The translations under genes were made by a program, and so were the position numbers. A model generated the notes under the pieces. That model did no database searches, had not been told where the DNA came from, and saw only the letters and a list, made by a program, of their open reading frames with translations. This document shows, in pieces, positions 10,148-20,309 of a stretch of 64,000 bases of DNA. The number at the start of each line of letters is the position of its first letter. Positions within the stretch are counted from its first letter, which is position 1. The stretch lies in assembly GCA_964576115.1 (NCBI GenBank), contig CAZNUA010000001.1, forward strand, positions 124,001-188,000, written 5' to 3'. This DNA comes from an uncultured Gemmatimonadota bacterium. Its GTDB lineage: Bacteria > Blakebacterota > Blakebacteria > Blakebacterales > Blakebacteraceae.

Positions 10148-11608
10148 GTGAGCGATATCCCCCGCAAGCCGACCCTGGCGATCTCGCTGGTTCCGGTCAT
10201 TCTGCTCATCGTCATGCTCTTCTACACCATCGCCATTCTCGACGGCTCGGGTCACATCCCTCTGATCTTCGGCGCAATCATCGCCGCGGCTATCGCTGGC
10301 TGGGTACTGAAGATGCCCTACAAGGACATCCTGGCCGGAATGACGCAGGGGATCGAAACGGCCCTGCCCGCCATTCTCATCCTGGTCATCGTGGGCCTGC
10401 TGATCGGGGTCTGGATCGCCAGCGGGGTGGTCCCGATCATGATCTACTACGGCTTGAAGATCCTGGCGCCCGGATACTTTCTGGTGGCCACCGCCCTGAT
10501 CTGCGCCCTGATCAGTCTGGCCACCGGATCGTCCTGGTCCACTGCGGCCACGGTGGGGCTAGCCATGATGGGGGTGGGCCAGGCGCTGGGGATCAATCCG
10601 GGCATGACCGCCGGGGCGGTCATCTCCGGATCCTATTTCGGCGACAAGATGAGCCCGCTGTCCGATACCACCAATCTGGCCCCGGCCGTGGCCGGCACCA
10701 CCCTCTTCACCCACATCCGCCACATGGTCTACACCACCCTGCCGGCGCTGATCATCGCCCTGATTCTTTACACCATCATCGGCCTGCTCACCCCCACCTC
10801 CGGTTCGGTCGAGACCGCCGAATACACGCAGATGCTCACCACCCTGAAGTCCTCTTTCAACCTCAGTCCCTGGCTCCTGCTGGCTCCGGCGGCGGTGCTC
10901 TGGCTGGTGTGGAAAAAGACCCCCGCCCTGCCCGCGCTGATCATCGGGGTGCTGGTCGGCGCCGTACTTCTGCTTCTGTTTCAGAGACAGAGTTTCACCG
11001 GCCAGCCGGGAGGGGGCATCGGCGCCCTGCTCAACTCCCTGTACAGCGGGTATGAAAGCACAACCGGAGTGACTGCGGTCGACGAACTGCTCACCCGCGG
11101 CGGCCTGATCTACATGCTCGACACCATCGCCCTGATCATCGTCGCTCTGGCCTTCGGGGGGATCATGGAGGCGTCGGGCATGCTCGAAGCGATCGCCGCG
11201 GCGGTGCTCAAGCTGGCCCGTTCGACCGGCACCCTCATCACGGCCACGATCGTGAGCTGCTTCGCCATGAACGCCCTGGCCAGCGATCAGTACCTGGCCA
11301 TCATCGTGCCCGGCCGGATGTACCGGAACGCCTTCTTCCGGCGCGGCCTGCACCCCAAGAACCTTTCCCGCGCGCTCGAGGATTCGGCCACCCTGACCTC
11401 GTCGCTGATTCCGTGGAACACCTGCGGGGCCTACATGTCGGGCGTTCTGGGGGTGAGCGCCTTCACCTACCTGCCCTTTGCCTTCCTCAACCTGTTCTCG
11501 CCGCTGATTTCGATCTTCTACGGCTTCACCGGGATCACCATCCAGAAACTCGAGGACGATCCCGAGACGGTCGTCGGGGCGCCGGAGCTAACCGGCCGGA
11601 CAGAGTAA
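10148..11608 (+). CDS. nhaC: Na+/H+ antiporter NhaC family
   Basis: SLATGSSWST, GAVISGSYFGDKMSPLSDTTNLA, LSRALEDSATL, LIPWNTCG; AAGGAGG before GTG 10148. Confidence 0.92.
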   Translation: MSDIPRKPTLAISLVPVILLIVMLFYTIAILDGSGHIPLIFGAIIAAAIAGWVLKMPYKDILAGMTQGIETALPAILILVIVGLLIGVWIASGVVPIMIYYGLKILAPGYFLVATALICALISLATGSSWSTAATVGLAMMGVGQALGINPGMTAGAVISGSYFGDKMSPLSDTTNLAPAVAGTTLFTHIRHMVYTTLPALIIALILYTIIGLLTPTSGSVETAEYTQMLTTLKSSFNLSPWLLLAPAAVLWLVWKKTPALPALIIGVLVGAVLLLLFQRQSFTGQPGGGIGALLNSLYSGYESTTGVTAVDELLTRGGLIYMLDTIALIIVALAFGGIMEASGMLEAIAAAVLKLARSTGTLITATIVSCFAMNALASDQYLAIIVPGRMYRNAFFRRGLHPKNLSRALEDSATLTSSLIPWNTCGAYMSGVLGVSAFTYLPFAFLNLFSPLISIFYGFTGITIQKLEDDPETVVGAPELTGRTE

Positions 11609-11638
11609 CGCCGATCCGCCCGGATCCCCCGGATGCGA

Positions 11639-12283
11639 TCAGACGCTCTTTTTCCTCATCAGGATGATTCCGACCGCTGAGCCGAGCAGGGCCACGATGA
11701 GCAGGACGACGAGCAGGGTGATCGTGCCGTTCTTGGACGCGATCGTCTCGTCGAGCTGAGACTGCAAGCCGTTACGCTCGGTCTCGAGAGCGGATATCTG
11801 CGCGCGCAGATCGGTGATGGTGCCGTTCAGAGCGCGGACCTGCTCCTGAAAGGTCTGGGTCCGATCTTCGAGCTCGGTAATGCGGTTTTGCCGGGCTGCA
11901 AGCCGGCGGCGCAGCCCGGCCATCTCGCTCTCGAGTTCGGAAGCCGACTCTTCGGCCGCAGCCGTGGTCTCCTGCTCGGTCGTGAGTTCGGACCGCAAAT
12001 CGTCCCGCTCCGATTCGAGCGTCGCGATGCGATTCCGCAGATCGTTCACGGAGTCCTCGAGATCCCTCTTCTCCGACTGCAGGGTTCCGATCCGGTCACG
12101 GGCTCCTGAGAGCTGCTGCTCGAGATCACCTACCTGTTGCTGCAGGGACACGAGTTCCTGGCTGGCCGCCTCCACCTGCTGCTGTTGCTCCTCGAGCTGC
12201 GCACTGGAGGCACAACCGGCAGCAAGGAATAAAGCTGAGATCGTGGCAATCCACAGCGAGGCCCGGCGTCTGGTCTGGTGCAT
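11639..12283 (-). CDS. Coiled-coil lipoprotein with C-terminal transmembrane helix
   Basis: FLAAGC lipobox, about 160 aa of heptad-rich E/Q/L/R helix, then LLVVLLIVALLGSAVGIILM-RKKSV. Confidence 0.8.
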   Translation of the reverse strand: MHQTRRRASLWIATISALFLAAGCASSAQLEEQQQQVEAASQELVSLQQQVGDLEQQLSGARDRIGTLQSEKRDLEDSVNDLRNRIATLESERDDLRSELTTEQETTAAAEESASELESEMAGLRRRLAARQNRITELEDRTQTFQEQVRALNGTITDLRAQISALETERNGLQSQLDETIASKNGTITLLVVLLIVALLGSAVGIILMRKKSV

Positions 12284-12401
12284 GATTGTCTCCCCCCTGA
12301 AATCGGCGACCGGGTACAGTTCTGACAATGACTGATACAACAACAGCCGACCGGTTCTTCACAAGGCAATACCGTCGCCGATTGTTCTGCCGGTCAGCGT
12401 G

Positions 12402-14165
12402 TCATTCGAGTTCGTCGATCAAGCCGGCGACGACATCGAAGCCTCCCTGCCAGAAGGCCGGATCGGTCATGTCGACCCCGACCTCGGCCAGGATCTCGGC
12501 CGGGCGGGCGGAACCGCCGTGGGCCAGCAGACGCAGGTACGCGGGAACGAAGGTCTGGCCCTCTTCGCGGTAACGGCGGTACAGGCTCAGGACCAGGAGC
12601 TGGCCGAAGCTGTACGCGTAGCAGTAAAAGGGTGTGGAATACAGGTGGGGAATGGTGACCCATTCCCAGGCGAAGTCCTCGTTGACCTCGACGCTCGATC
12701 CGAACTGCTCGTGCAGGTTCTCCAGGTAGAGACCGTTGAGCTCTTCGGGAGAACGTCCCGCCATGACAGCTTCGTGGGCCGCGATCTCGAAGAGCACGAA
12801 GAAGGCCTGACGCAGCACGGTGGCGTAGACATCGTCGAGGGCCCCGGCCAGGATCTCGCGGCGCACCGCCGGATCGCTTTCGCGCTCGAGCAGGCTGTCG
12901 ACCACCAGCATTTCACCGAAGACCGAGGCCGTTTCGGCCAGGGGCAGGGTGGGATGCTGGACCAGAACCGAATGGTCGGCGGCCAGCATGCTGTGCACGG
13001 CGTGGCCGAGCTCGTGGGCCAGGGTGGCCACATCGCGTACTTCCCCGGCATAGTTGGAGAGCACCCAGGGAGTGTGTTCGGGCAGAACGGTCATGCAGAA
13101 GGCGCCCCCCCGCTTCCCCGGCCGGATTTCCGAATCGATGTGATCGTCGGCGAAGACGCGTTCGGCCAGTTCGGCGAAACGGGGCTCGAAATCCCGGAAG
13201 GTGCCGAGCACCAGTTCGACCCCTTCGGAGTAGGGAACGGTCCGTTCCGAAACCGCCACCGGGGCGTAGAGGTCGTAGCGGCGCAGGATCGGCCGGCCGA
13301 GCCAGCCGGCTTTGAGCGTGAAGTAGCGCTGGAACAGTCCGGTGTTGGCCCGGGTGACGTCGAGCAGGGTTTCAACGGCGGAATCGGGGATGTCGTTGGA
13401 CAGGTTGCGGACCGCCAGAGGAGAGTCGAAACCCCGCAGCTCGATGTTTTCCGAACGCCAGTCGCGCACCCGGTTGGCGTAGATCTGGGCCAGAAGGGGA
13501 GCTTCGCGGTGGTAGATCCGGTGCAGTTCGGTATAGGCGGCCTGGCGGAGTTCGGACGAGGGACTGCGCACATACTTCATCAGCGCATCCCGGGTCAGGG
13601 TTCGGGACTCGCCGTCGACTTCGAGGGTGAACTCCAGCCGGTTTGTGATCATGGAATACAGAGTCAGCAGGGCGTCGATCCCCTCGGCGTCCTTGAGGTT
13701 GATGAGCTGTTCGCGGGCCTCGTCGAGCGTATAGGGTGCGAAGCGGCGCAGATCGGCCAGGAAGTGACGCTCGTCCCCGGCGGCGTCACCGTCGGGCACG
13801 AGACGCCCGGCCGCCTCTTCATCAAGCGCCTTCCACCAGAGGCTGAAGAACAGGATCCGGTTGCCGAGACCGGTGAGTTCGTGCCGAACGCGGTTGCGCA
13901 GGGTCAGGGCCGCCTCGGACTGTGTGTCCTCGGAAAAACGGAGCGAAGCGTAGGCCGAGAGCACCTGCATCTTCCGTACCAGTTCCTCGTACTCGCGCAG
14001 GATGGTTCCGAACGTGCCGGAGGAGATTTCGGGAGTCAGCTCCCGCCGTCGGGCTTCGAAAGCCCCGACCGCGGCGTGCAGATCCTCGATCCGTTCGGTC
14101 AGGGCGGCCCCGGTTTCGTCGGGGAGAAGGTCGCTCAGGGTCCAGCGGCCGATATCGTAGGCCAT
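12402..14165 (-). CDS. pepF: M3 family oligoendopeptidase F
   Basis: WTLSDL, GKRGGAFC, TLAHELGHAVH (HExxH), LAETASVFGE, WVTIPHLY..PFYCYAYSFG. Confidence 0.93.
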   Translation of the reverse strand: MAYDIGRWTLSDLLPDETGAALTERIEDLHAAVGAFEARRRELTPEISSGTFGTILREYEELVRKMQVLSAYASLRFSEDTQSEAALTLRNRVRHELTGLGNRILFFSLWWKALDEEAAGRLVPDGDAAGDERHFLADLRRFAPYTLDEAREQLINLKDAEGIDALLTLYSMITNRLEFTLEVDGESRTLTRDALMKYVRSPSSELRQAAYTELHRIYHREAPLLAQIYANRVRDWRSENIELRGFDSPLAVRNLSNDIPDSAVETLLDVTRANTGLFQRYFTLKAGWLGRPILRRYDLYAPVAVSERTVPYSEGVELVLGTFRDFEPRFAELAERVFADDHIDSEIRPGKRGGAFCMTVLPEHTPWVLSNYAGEVRDVATLAHELGHAVHSMLAADHSVLVQHPTLPLAETASVFGEMLVVDSLLERESDPAVRREILAGALDDVYATVLRQAFFVLFEIAAHEAVMAGRSPEELNGLYLENLHEQFGSSVEVNEDFAWEWVTIPHLYSTPFYCYAYSFGQLLVLSLYRRYREEGQTFVPAYLRLLAHGGSARPAEILAEVGVDMTDPAFWQGGFDVVAGLIDELE

Positions 14166-14180
14166 GAATACACAACTCCT

Positions 14181-16310
14181 TCAGGGGCGAGCCCGGGTGC
14201 GGAGAACGGCGTCCACAGCCCGGTGCCGATCGGGTTCAGGTGAACAGAGTACGGGATTGAGCTCGATCTCGACAAGCTCGGGAACCGCCTCAGCCAGGTG
14301 CACCAGACGACCGATCAGGTCGAGCAGGGTTTCCAGGTGCACCCCCGAGCCGCGGGCGGTGCCCGCGAGTACCGGCCAGGCCGCCAGGGAGCGCAGCAGA
14401 CGCCCGGCCTCGCTGCGGCTCAACGGCAGGCGGGCGACAGCCACATCCTGGAGCGCCTCGGTGAAAAAGCCGCCCAGCCCGGCCAGCAGAAGGGGACCGA
14501 AATGCGGATCGCGCCGGGTGGCGAGAATGAGTTCGACGCCTTCTCCGACCATCTCCTGGACAACGAAACCCGTCAGACTCTCACCGGCGGCTGCGATCCC
14601 GTCGGCCATACAGCGGGCGGCGGCGGTGACGTCCCGCGCCCCGGTCAGAGAGAGAGAAACTCCTCCGATATCGGCCTTGTGCAGCAGGCCGGGCACAACC
14701 GCCTTGAGAGCGACAGAGCGGCCGATCCGCTCAGCGGCCTCACCGGCTGCCTCGGGGGTCACAACAACAGCCTGTTCGGGAATCGGAATGCCCGCGGCCC
14801 CGAGCACCACGGCGGTGGCGGCGGGGTCGAGCAGAGAGGGTTCGTCGGCGGCGTCCGCCGGGGGAACCATGGTGGCGAGACCGGCGTCGATACCGGCCCG
14901 ATCCAGTGAAGAGGCAGCGAAAGGAACCTCCTCGCGCCGCTGCCACCCGGCATAGCGGGCCAGAGCCGCCAGGGCCCCGACAGCCGGTTCGGGGTAACGA
15001 TAAATCGGCGGCGCTCCCTCGATACGGGCCGCCACGGGGTAGAAGGCATCGCCTGTCAGAACGGCCGCGACGACCGGTTTGCGCTGCGCGGCCTCCAGGC
15101 CGGAGACGGCCCCGATGACTTCTTCGGGGGTACTCCCCAGCGGCGGGGTGACGTTGACGACGAGCAGGGCGTCGACGTTTTCGTCTTCGGCCACGATCTC
15201 GACGCAGCGCCGGTACTCTTCGGGTCCCGAGGAGGCGATCATGTCGACCGGATTGCCGAGGGCGGCCGCGGGAGGCAGGAAGGCAGCCAGCCGCTGCTGC
15301 ACCTCCGGAGTCAGTTCGGGCAGTTCCAGGCCGTGCCGGCTGCAGGCGTCGGCGGCCATGATGGCCGGTCCGCCGGCGTTGGTGATGATCGCCACCCGGT
15401 TCCCCGCGGGCAGGGGACAGCGTTCGAAAGCGGCCGCCCAGAAGCACATGTCCTGGACGGTCGGCGCCCGCAGCACACCGCACTGGGTCAGCAGGGCATC
15501 GAGGGCCCGCTCGTCGGTCGCCAGAGCCCCGGTGTGCGAGGCCGCGGCGCGGGCGCCCGCCGCTGTGGCCCCTGCCTTGACGGCGATGACCGGACGGCTC
15601 CGGGCCAGAGGCCCGGCCCGTTCAGCGAAGGCGTCGGCGTCGCCGAACGATTCGAGATAGAGGGTAACGACCCGGGTACGCTCATCTTCGAGCCAGAAAT
15701 CGAGGGCGTCTTCGATACCGATGTCGGCCATGTTCCCGACCGAGATGAAGGAAGAGAAACCGAGGTTCAGCCCCTCGGCCAGACTCAGAATGGCCACCCC
15801 GAGAGCACCGCTCTGGCTCACCAGCCCCACCCCGCCGCGGATGACCGGCACCGGGCTGAAGGTCGTGTCGAGACCGACCGCCGGATCGGTGTTGACCGCC
15901 CCCATGCAATTGGGTCCGAGCAGACGCATGTCGTGCCGCCCGGCGATCTCGACCAGTTCCCGCTCCCGTTCGGCCCCCTCTTCGCCGGTCTCCGAGAATC
16001 CGGCCGTGATCACCACCGCCGTACCGATCCCCTTCGCACCGCAGGTTTCGAGCACCTGTCCGACCGCCTCGGGAGGAACGATCACAACCGCCTGATCGAT
16101 CCCCTCGGGCAGATCGTCGGGTGAGGTCAGAGCACGTACACCCTGGACGGTCTCGGCCTTCGGGTTGACGGGGTAGATATCGCCGGTGAATCCGGCTGCA
16201 AGCAGGTTGGCAAAGGTCTTGCCCCCCAGCGATTCGAGCCGGGTGGAAGCGCCGATGACGGCGATCGAGCGGGGTTCGAGAAGCGAAGCGAGGGGGCGGG
16301 ATGCCGACAT
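14181..16310 (-). CDS. ADP-forming acetate/acyl-CoA ligase, alpha-beta fusion (no GNAT domain)
   Basis: PRSIAVIGAS, LLGPNCMG, SQSGALG, ASHTGALA phospho-His, TNAGGP, NPVDM, ATP-grasp HKADIGGV, EIELNP. Confidence 0.92.
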   Translation of the reverse strand: MSASRPLASLLEPRSIAVIGASTRLESLGGKTFANLLAAGFTGDIYPVNPKAETVQGVRALTSPDDLPEGIDQAVVIVPPEAVGQVLETCGAKGIGTAVVITAGFSETGEEGAERERELVEIAGRHDMRLLGPNCMGAVNTDPAVGLDTTFSPVPVIRGGVGLVSQSGALGVAILSLAEGLNLGFSSFISVGNMADIGIEDALDFWLEDERTRVVTLYLESFGDADAFAERAGPLARSRPVIAVKAGATAAGARAAASHTGALATDERALDALLTQCGVLRAPTVQDMCFWAAAFERCPLPAGNRVAIITNAGGPAIMAADACSRHGLELPELTPEVQQRLAAFLPPAAALGNPVDMIASSGPEEYRRCVEIVAEDENVDALLVVNVTPPLGSTPEEVIGAVSGLEAAQRKPVVAAVLTGDAFYPVAARIEGAPPIYRYPEPAVGALAALARYAGWQRREEVPFAASSLDRAGIDAGLATMVPPADAADEPSLLDPAATAVVLGAAGIPIPEQAVVVTPEAAGEAAERIGRSVALKAVVPGLLHKADIGGVSLSLTGARDVTAAARCMADGIAAAGESLTGFVVQEMVGEGVELILATRRDPHFGPLLLAGLGGFFTEALQDVAVARLPLSRSEAGRLLRSLAAWPVLAGTARGSGVHLETLLDLIGRLVHLAEAVPELVEIELNPVLCSPEPDRHRAVDAVLRTRARP

Positions 16311-16531
16311 GCAGGCGGACTCCGGGTCGAAGTGTCGTCGGCCGGCCGGGGACGAGAAGCCGGGTATAGTGTCTTTATAAAGCACATCAGGCCGCCGGGT
16401 GGCCAGTAAAAGGGACACCCCGGTCCGCTTTGCCGTTTGAGCCCCGGGAATCGTGTAGTACTGTACTCACGATCCGTCATCCGGCTTCCACCCGGCCGGG
16501 ACGATTCCGACCCGTACTGGAGAGAAGGCAC

Positions 16532-17371
16532 ATGCGCACCATACCAGCTGAGAAGCTCACCGAGGCGATCAAAGAACTCTCCATGACAGCCAATTACGAC
16601 CTGCCCGAGGATGTCCTTGCGGTCCTCAAAACCGCCCGTGAAGCCGAGGAGTCCCCGGTCGGTCGGGAGATCCTCGATCAGATCATCGAGAACGCCGAGA
16701 TATCCGCCGCCGAGCGGGTGCCGATCTGTCAGGATACCGGCTTCGCCGCCATTTTCCTGGAGATCGGTCACGATGTCTGCATCGAGGGTGACATTCCCGC
16801 GGCCGTTGACGAGGGCGTGCGTCAGGGGTACACCGAGGGCTACCTGCGCAAGTCGATCGTTTCCGATCCCCTGCGCCGGACCAACACCGGCGACAACACC
16901 CCGGCCGCCCTGACGGTCGAATACGTTCCGGGGGATCAGGTCACCGTCACCATCGCCCCGAAGGGAGGCGGGAGCGAGAACATGAGCATGGCCCGTCTCT
17001 TCGCCCCGGCGGCGGGACGTGACGGTCTGGTCGAGTTCGTCGTCAACCGGGTCAGGGAATCGGGCTCGAATCCCTGCCCGCCCGTGGTGGTGGGGGTCGG
17101 GATCGGGGGCACCTTCGATCTCTGCGCCCGCCTGGCCAAGAAGTCATTGATGCGCCGGCTCGGCGAGCGGCATCCCGATCCCTACTATGCCGAGATGGAG
17201 GAGGAGATCTTCGAGAAAGTCAACAACCTCGGGATCGGGCCGATGGGACTGGGAGGACGCACGACGGCCCTGGACGTCCATATCGAAACCTACCCCTGCC
17301 ACATCGCCAGCCTGCCGGTCGCGGTGAACATGCAGTGTCACGCCGCCCGTCACAAAAGCGCGACCATCTAG
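16532..17371 (+). CDS. Fe-S hydro-lyase alpha subunit (fumarate hydratase / tartrate dehydratase type)
   Basis: PICQDTG, NTGDNTPA, PKGGGSEN, NPCPP, GIGPMGLGG, CHIAS..VAVNMQCHAAR. Confidence 0.94.
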   Translation: MRTIPAEKLTEAIKELSMTANYDLPEDVLAVLKTAREAEESPVGREILDQIIENAEISAAERVPICQDTGFAAIFLEIGHDVCIEGDIPAAVDEGVRQGYTEGYLRKSIVSDPLRRTNTGDNTPAALTVEYVPGDQVTVTIAPKGGGSENMSMARLFAPAAGRDGLVEFVVNRVRESGSNPCPPVVVGVGIGGTFDLCARLAKKSLMRRLGERHPDPYYAEMEEEIFEKVNNLGIGPMGLGGRTTALDVHIETYPCHIASLPVAVNMQCHAARHKSATI

Positions 17372-17385
17372 GGAGGAGAGACATC

Positions 17386-17943
17386 ATGGCAGAGAGCAAA
17401 AAGATCCAGCTTCCACTCACTCCCGAGGCCGTGCAGGACCTGCGGGCCGGCGACCGGGTACTGTTGAGCGGTCCCATGTTGACCGGCCGGGACGCGGCCC
17501 ACAAGCGGCTTGTCGACCTGCTCGAGGCCGGCGAGGACCTGCCCGTGGACATCGCCGGCGAGACCATCTACTTCGTGGGTCCCTCCCCCGCCAAGCCCGA
17601 CCAGGTCATCGGTTCGTGCGGTCCGACCACCTCGTACCGCATGGATCCCTACAGCCCGCAGCTGATCGCTCTGGGCCTGCGGGGCATGATCGGCAAGGGC
17701 GCCCGCGGTCCGGCCGTGGTCGAGGCCATGAAAGAACACGGGGCGGTCTACTTTACCGCCGTGGGCGGCGCAGCCGCGCTGATCGCCCGCAGCGTAAAGT
17801 CGATGGAGATCGTGGCCTACGAGGATCTGGGGCCGGAAGCCATCCGGCGCCTGGTGGTCGAGGACTTCCCGGCCATCGTGGCCCAGGACGCCCACGGCGG
17901 CAATCAGTACGAAGCCGGGGTCGAGGAGTACGCCCGCGGTTGA
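17386..17943 (+). CDS. Fe-S hydro-lyase beta subunit (fumarate hydratase C-terminal)
   Basis: TGRDAAHKRL, GPTTSYRMD, MIGKG, EDLGPEA; GGAGG RBS. Confidence 0.94.
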   Translation: MAESKKIQLPLTPEAVQDLRAGDRVLLSGPMLTGRDAAHKRLVDLLEAGEDLPVDIAGETIYFVGPSPAKPDQVIGSCGPTTSYRMDPYSPQLIALGLRGMIGKGARGPAVVEAMKEHGAVYFTAVGGAAALIARSVKSMEIVAYEDLGPEAIRRLVVEDFPAIVAQDAHGGNQYEAGVEEYARG

Positions 17944-18111
17944 CGAAAACGGTCCGGCGGCGGTCAGGGCCCGATGGACCGCCGGCCGGGCGCGCCCTAT
18001 ATTTGCGGGCGTCACCGGGTGGCTGCAGCCGCCGGGTGGCGCCCGTTCTGAATACAGCGAGGACCCTGACCGGCACCGCCCCCGTGGCGGTCCGTCTGCG
18101 AGGATCGGATC

Positions 18112-20277
18112 ATGAGGAGACGATTTCCCCAGTTTGTCATAGCCGCCCTTGTCATCAGCCTGACCGCCGGTCTGGCCCTGACAGACGAGGGGCAGTGGAC
18201 CCCCGATTCACTCGAGAAGCTCAACCTGCGCCGCGCCGGCCTGCGGATCCCGACCGCCCGGGTCTTCAACCCCGGCGGGGAGGGGATCCACGAAGCGGTA
18301 CTCCTGCTCGGCGGGGGCACCGGAGAGTTCGTTTCGGCCGACGGCCTGATCATGACCAACCACCACGTCGCCTTCGGGGCGGTGGCCCGCATCTCCACCG
18401 CCGAACAGGATTACATCACCGACGGCTACTACGCCCGCTCGCCGGCCGAAGAGATCCAGGCCCGCGGCTATACCGCCCGGATGGTCCAGCTTTACGAGGA
18501 CGTGACCGGCCGGGTGCTCGAAGGTGTCGGCGGGACGATGAGCGAGGCGGAACGTCAGGAGACGATCCGTGCCAACGCGCAGGACGTGCTCGCTCAGGCA
18601 CGGGAGGCCCACCCCGACCTGCAGCTCTCGATCTCCGAGTTCTCGTACGGGAACGCCTTCAAGATGGTCGGCTACAGCATCATCCGCGATATCCGGATCG
18701 TCTACGTTCCCCCCTTCGCGGTGGGGAACTACGGTTCGGAAACCGACAACTGGATGTTCCCCCGCCACACCGGAGACTTCAGCTTTCTGCGGGCGTACGT
18801 GGCTCCCGACGGCAGCCCCGCTGCCTATGCGGAAGAGAACGTCCCCTACCACCCCCGCAGCTGGCTCGAGGTGGCCGCCGAGGCGCCGGCCGAGGGCGAT
18901 TTCGCGTTCCTGATGGGTTTTCCGGGCACCACCATGCGCTACCGCAATTCCTACTACGTGGAGTACGAGGCCCGGAGCCGCCTGCCCTATGAGATCACGA
19001 TCCGGGGCGAACGGATCGAAGTCATGGAGCAGGCCGGCGAGGGAGACCGGGCGATCCAGATACGGTACGCCGAGACGATCAAGGGAATCGCCAACGGCTA
19101 CAAGAACTACCAGGGCAAGGTAGTCGGCTTCGCCCGCCAGGATCTGGTCCGGGTCAAGCGTGCCGAGGAGGAGGCCTGGACCGAATGGTACCGTGCCCGC
19201 CCCGAACTGCGAGCCCGCTACGACGGCGTGCTCGACGAACTGGAGGAGATCTACGCCGGCATCGAACGCGACGCGCCCTTCGAGCGGACCGTACGCGAGC
19301 TGATGTATTCCCCCCTGCAGGCCTATGCCGCCGATCTCTACGAGTACTGCGTACAGATGCAGGCGCCCGAGGCCGAGCGGCCGGTAGCCTACCGGGGCGA
19401 GCGCCTCGAACGCGTCCGTTCCGAGCTCCTGGCCGGTCCCCGCTCCTTCTACGCTCCGGTGGACGAGGAACTCTACACCCGGGCGGCGGTCCGGGCCCTG
19501 AATCTGCCGGCCTCCGAACAGATCACCACCTTCGCCGAGATCGTCCGGGGCCAGGAGATCACCGGTTACGGCCCGGCCCTGCAGCGGGTGGTCCGCGACG
19601 CCCACCTCACATCCCCCCTGCTCGACGAACGAAGCCGGACCGAACTGATCGAAGCCGATCCCTCAACGGCGGTCCGGCGGGGCGGTCTCTTCATGGCCGT
19701 GGCGGCCGACGTGCGACCCGCGAGGCTGACGATCGCCGCGCGGCAGAACGAGCGCAACGGGCGGCTGGCCCGGCTGCGCCGGCTCTATGCCGAGGGGATC
19801 CTGGCCTATCGCGAATCCCGGGGCGAGACGCTCTACCCCGATGCCAACCGCTCGCTGCGTTTCTCCTACGGCTACGTGCGCGGGTACGACCCGCGCGACG
19901 CGGTGCGCATCAGACCCTTCACCCACCTCGCCGGAGTCATGGAGAAGGAAACCGGCGAGGGGGAGTTCGTGGTCCCCGACGCTCTGAAACAGGCCTGGCT
20001 CGAGCGTGACTTCGGCCCCTTCGCCGATGACTCGGGGGACGTGCCCGTCTGCCTGCTGACCAACTGCGACACCACCGGCGGCAATTCGGGCAGCCCCCTG
20101 ATGAACGCCCGCGGCGAGCTGATCGGCATCAACTTCGACCGGGTCTGGGAAGCCACCGTCAACGACTACAATTTCGATCCCGAATTCGGACGCAACATCA
20201 GCGTACACATGCACTACATCCTCTTCGTCTGCCGCACCTTCGGCGCTGACCGGGTGCTGGCGGAGCTGGGGTTCTGA
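18112..20277 (+). CDS. S46 family dipeptidyl peptidase (DPP7/DPP11-like)
   Basis: DEGQW, GLIMTNHHV, DNWMFPRHTGDFSFLRAY, YPDAN.SLR, DTTGGNSGSP, GINFD. Confidence 0.95.
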   Translation: MRRRFPQFVIAALVISLTAGLALTDEGQWTPDSLEKLNLRRAGLRIPTARVFNPGGEGIHEAVLLLGGGTGEFVSADGLIMTNHHVAFGAVARISTAEQDYITDGYYARSPAEEIQARGYTARMVQLYEDVTGRVLEGVGGTMSEAERQETIRANAQDVLAQAREAHPDLQLSISEFSYGNAFKMVGYSIIRDIRIVYVPPFAVGNYGSETDNWMFPRHTGDFSFLRAYVAPDGSPAAYAEENVPYHPRSWLEVAAEAPAEGDFAFLMGFPGTTMRYRNSYYVEYEARSRLPYEITIRGERIEVMEQAGEGDRAIQIRYAETIKGIANGYKNYQGKVVGFARQDLVRVKRAEEEAWTEWYRARPELRARYDGVLDELEEIYAGIERDAPFERTVRELMYSPLQAYAADLYEYCVQMQAPEAERPVAYRGERLERVRSELLAGPRSFYAPVDEELYTRAAVRALNLPASEQITTFAEIVRGQEITGYGPALQRVVRDAHLTSPLLDERSRTELIEADPSTAVRRGGLFMAVAADVRPARLTIAARQNERNGRLARLRRLYAEGILAYRESRGETLYPDANRSLRFSYGYVRGYDPRDAVRIRPFTHLAGVMEKETGEGEFVVPDALKQAWLERDFGPFADDSGDVPVCLLTNCDTTGGNSGSPLMNARGELIGINFDRVWEATVNDYNFDPEFGRNISVHMHYILFVCRTFGADRVLAELGF

Positions 20278-20309
20278 ACGACCACGACGACGAGAAGGAA
20301 AGGAACATC

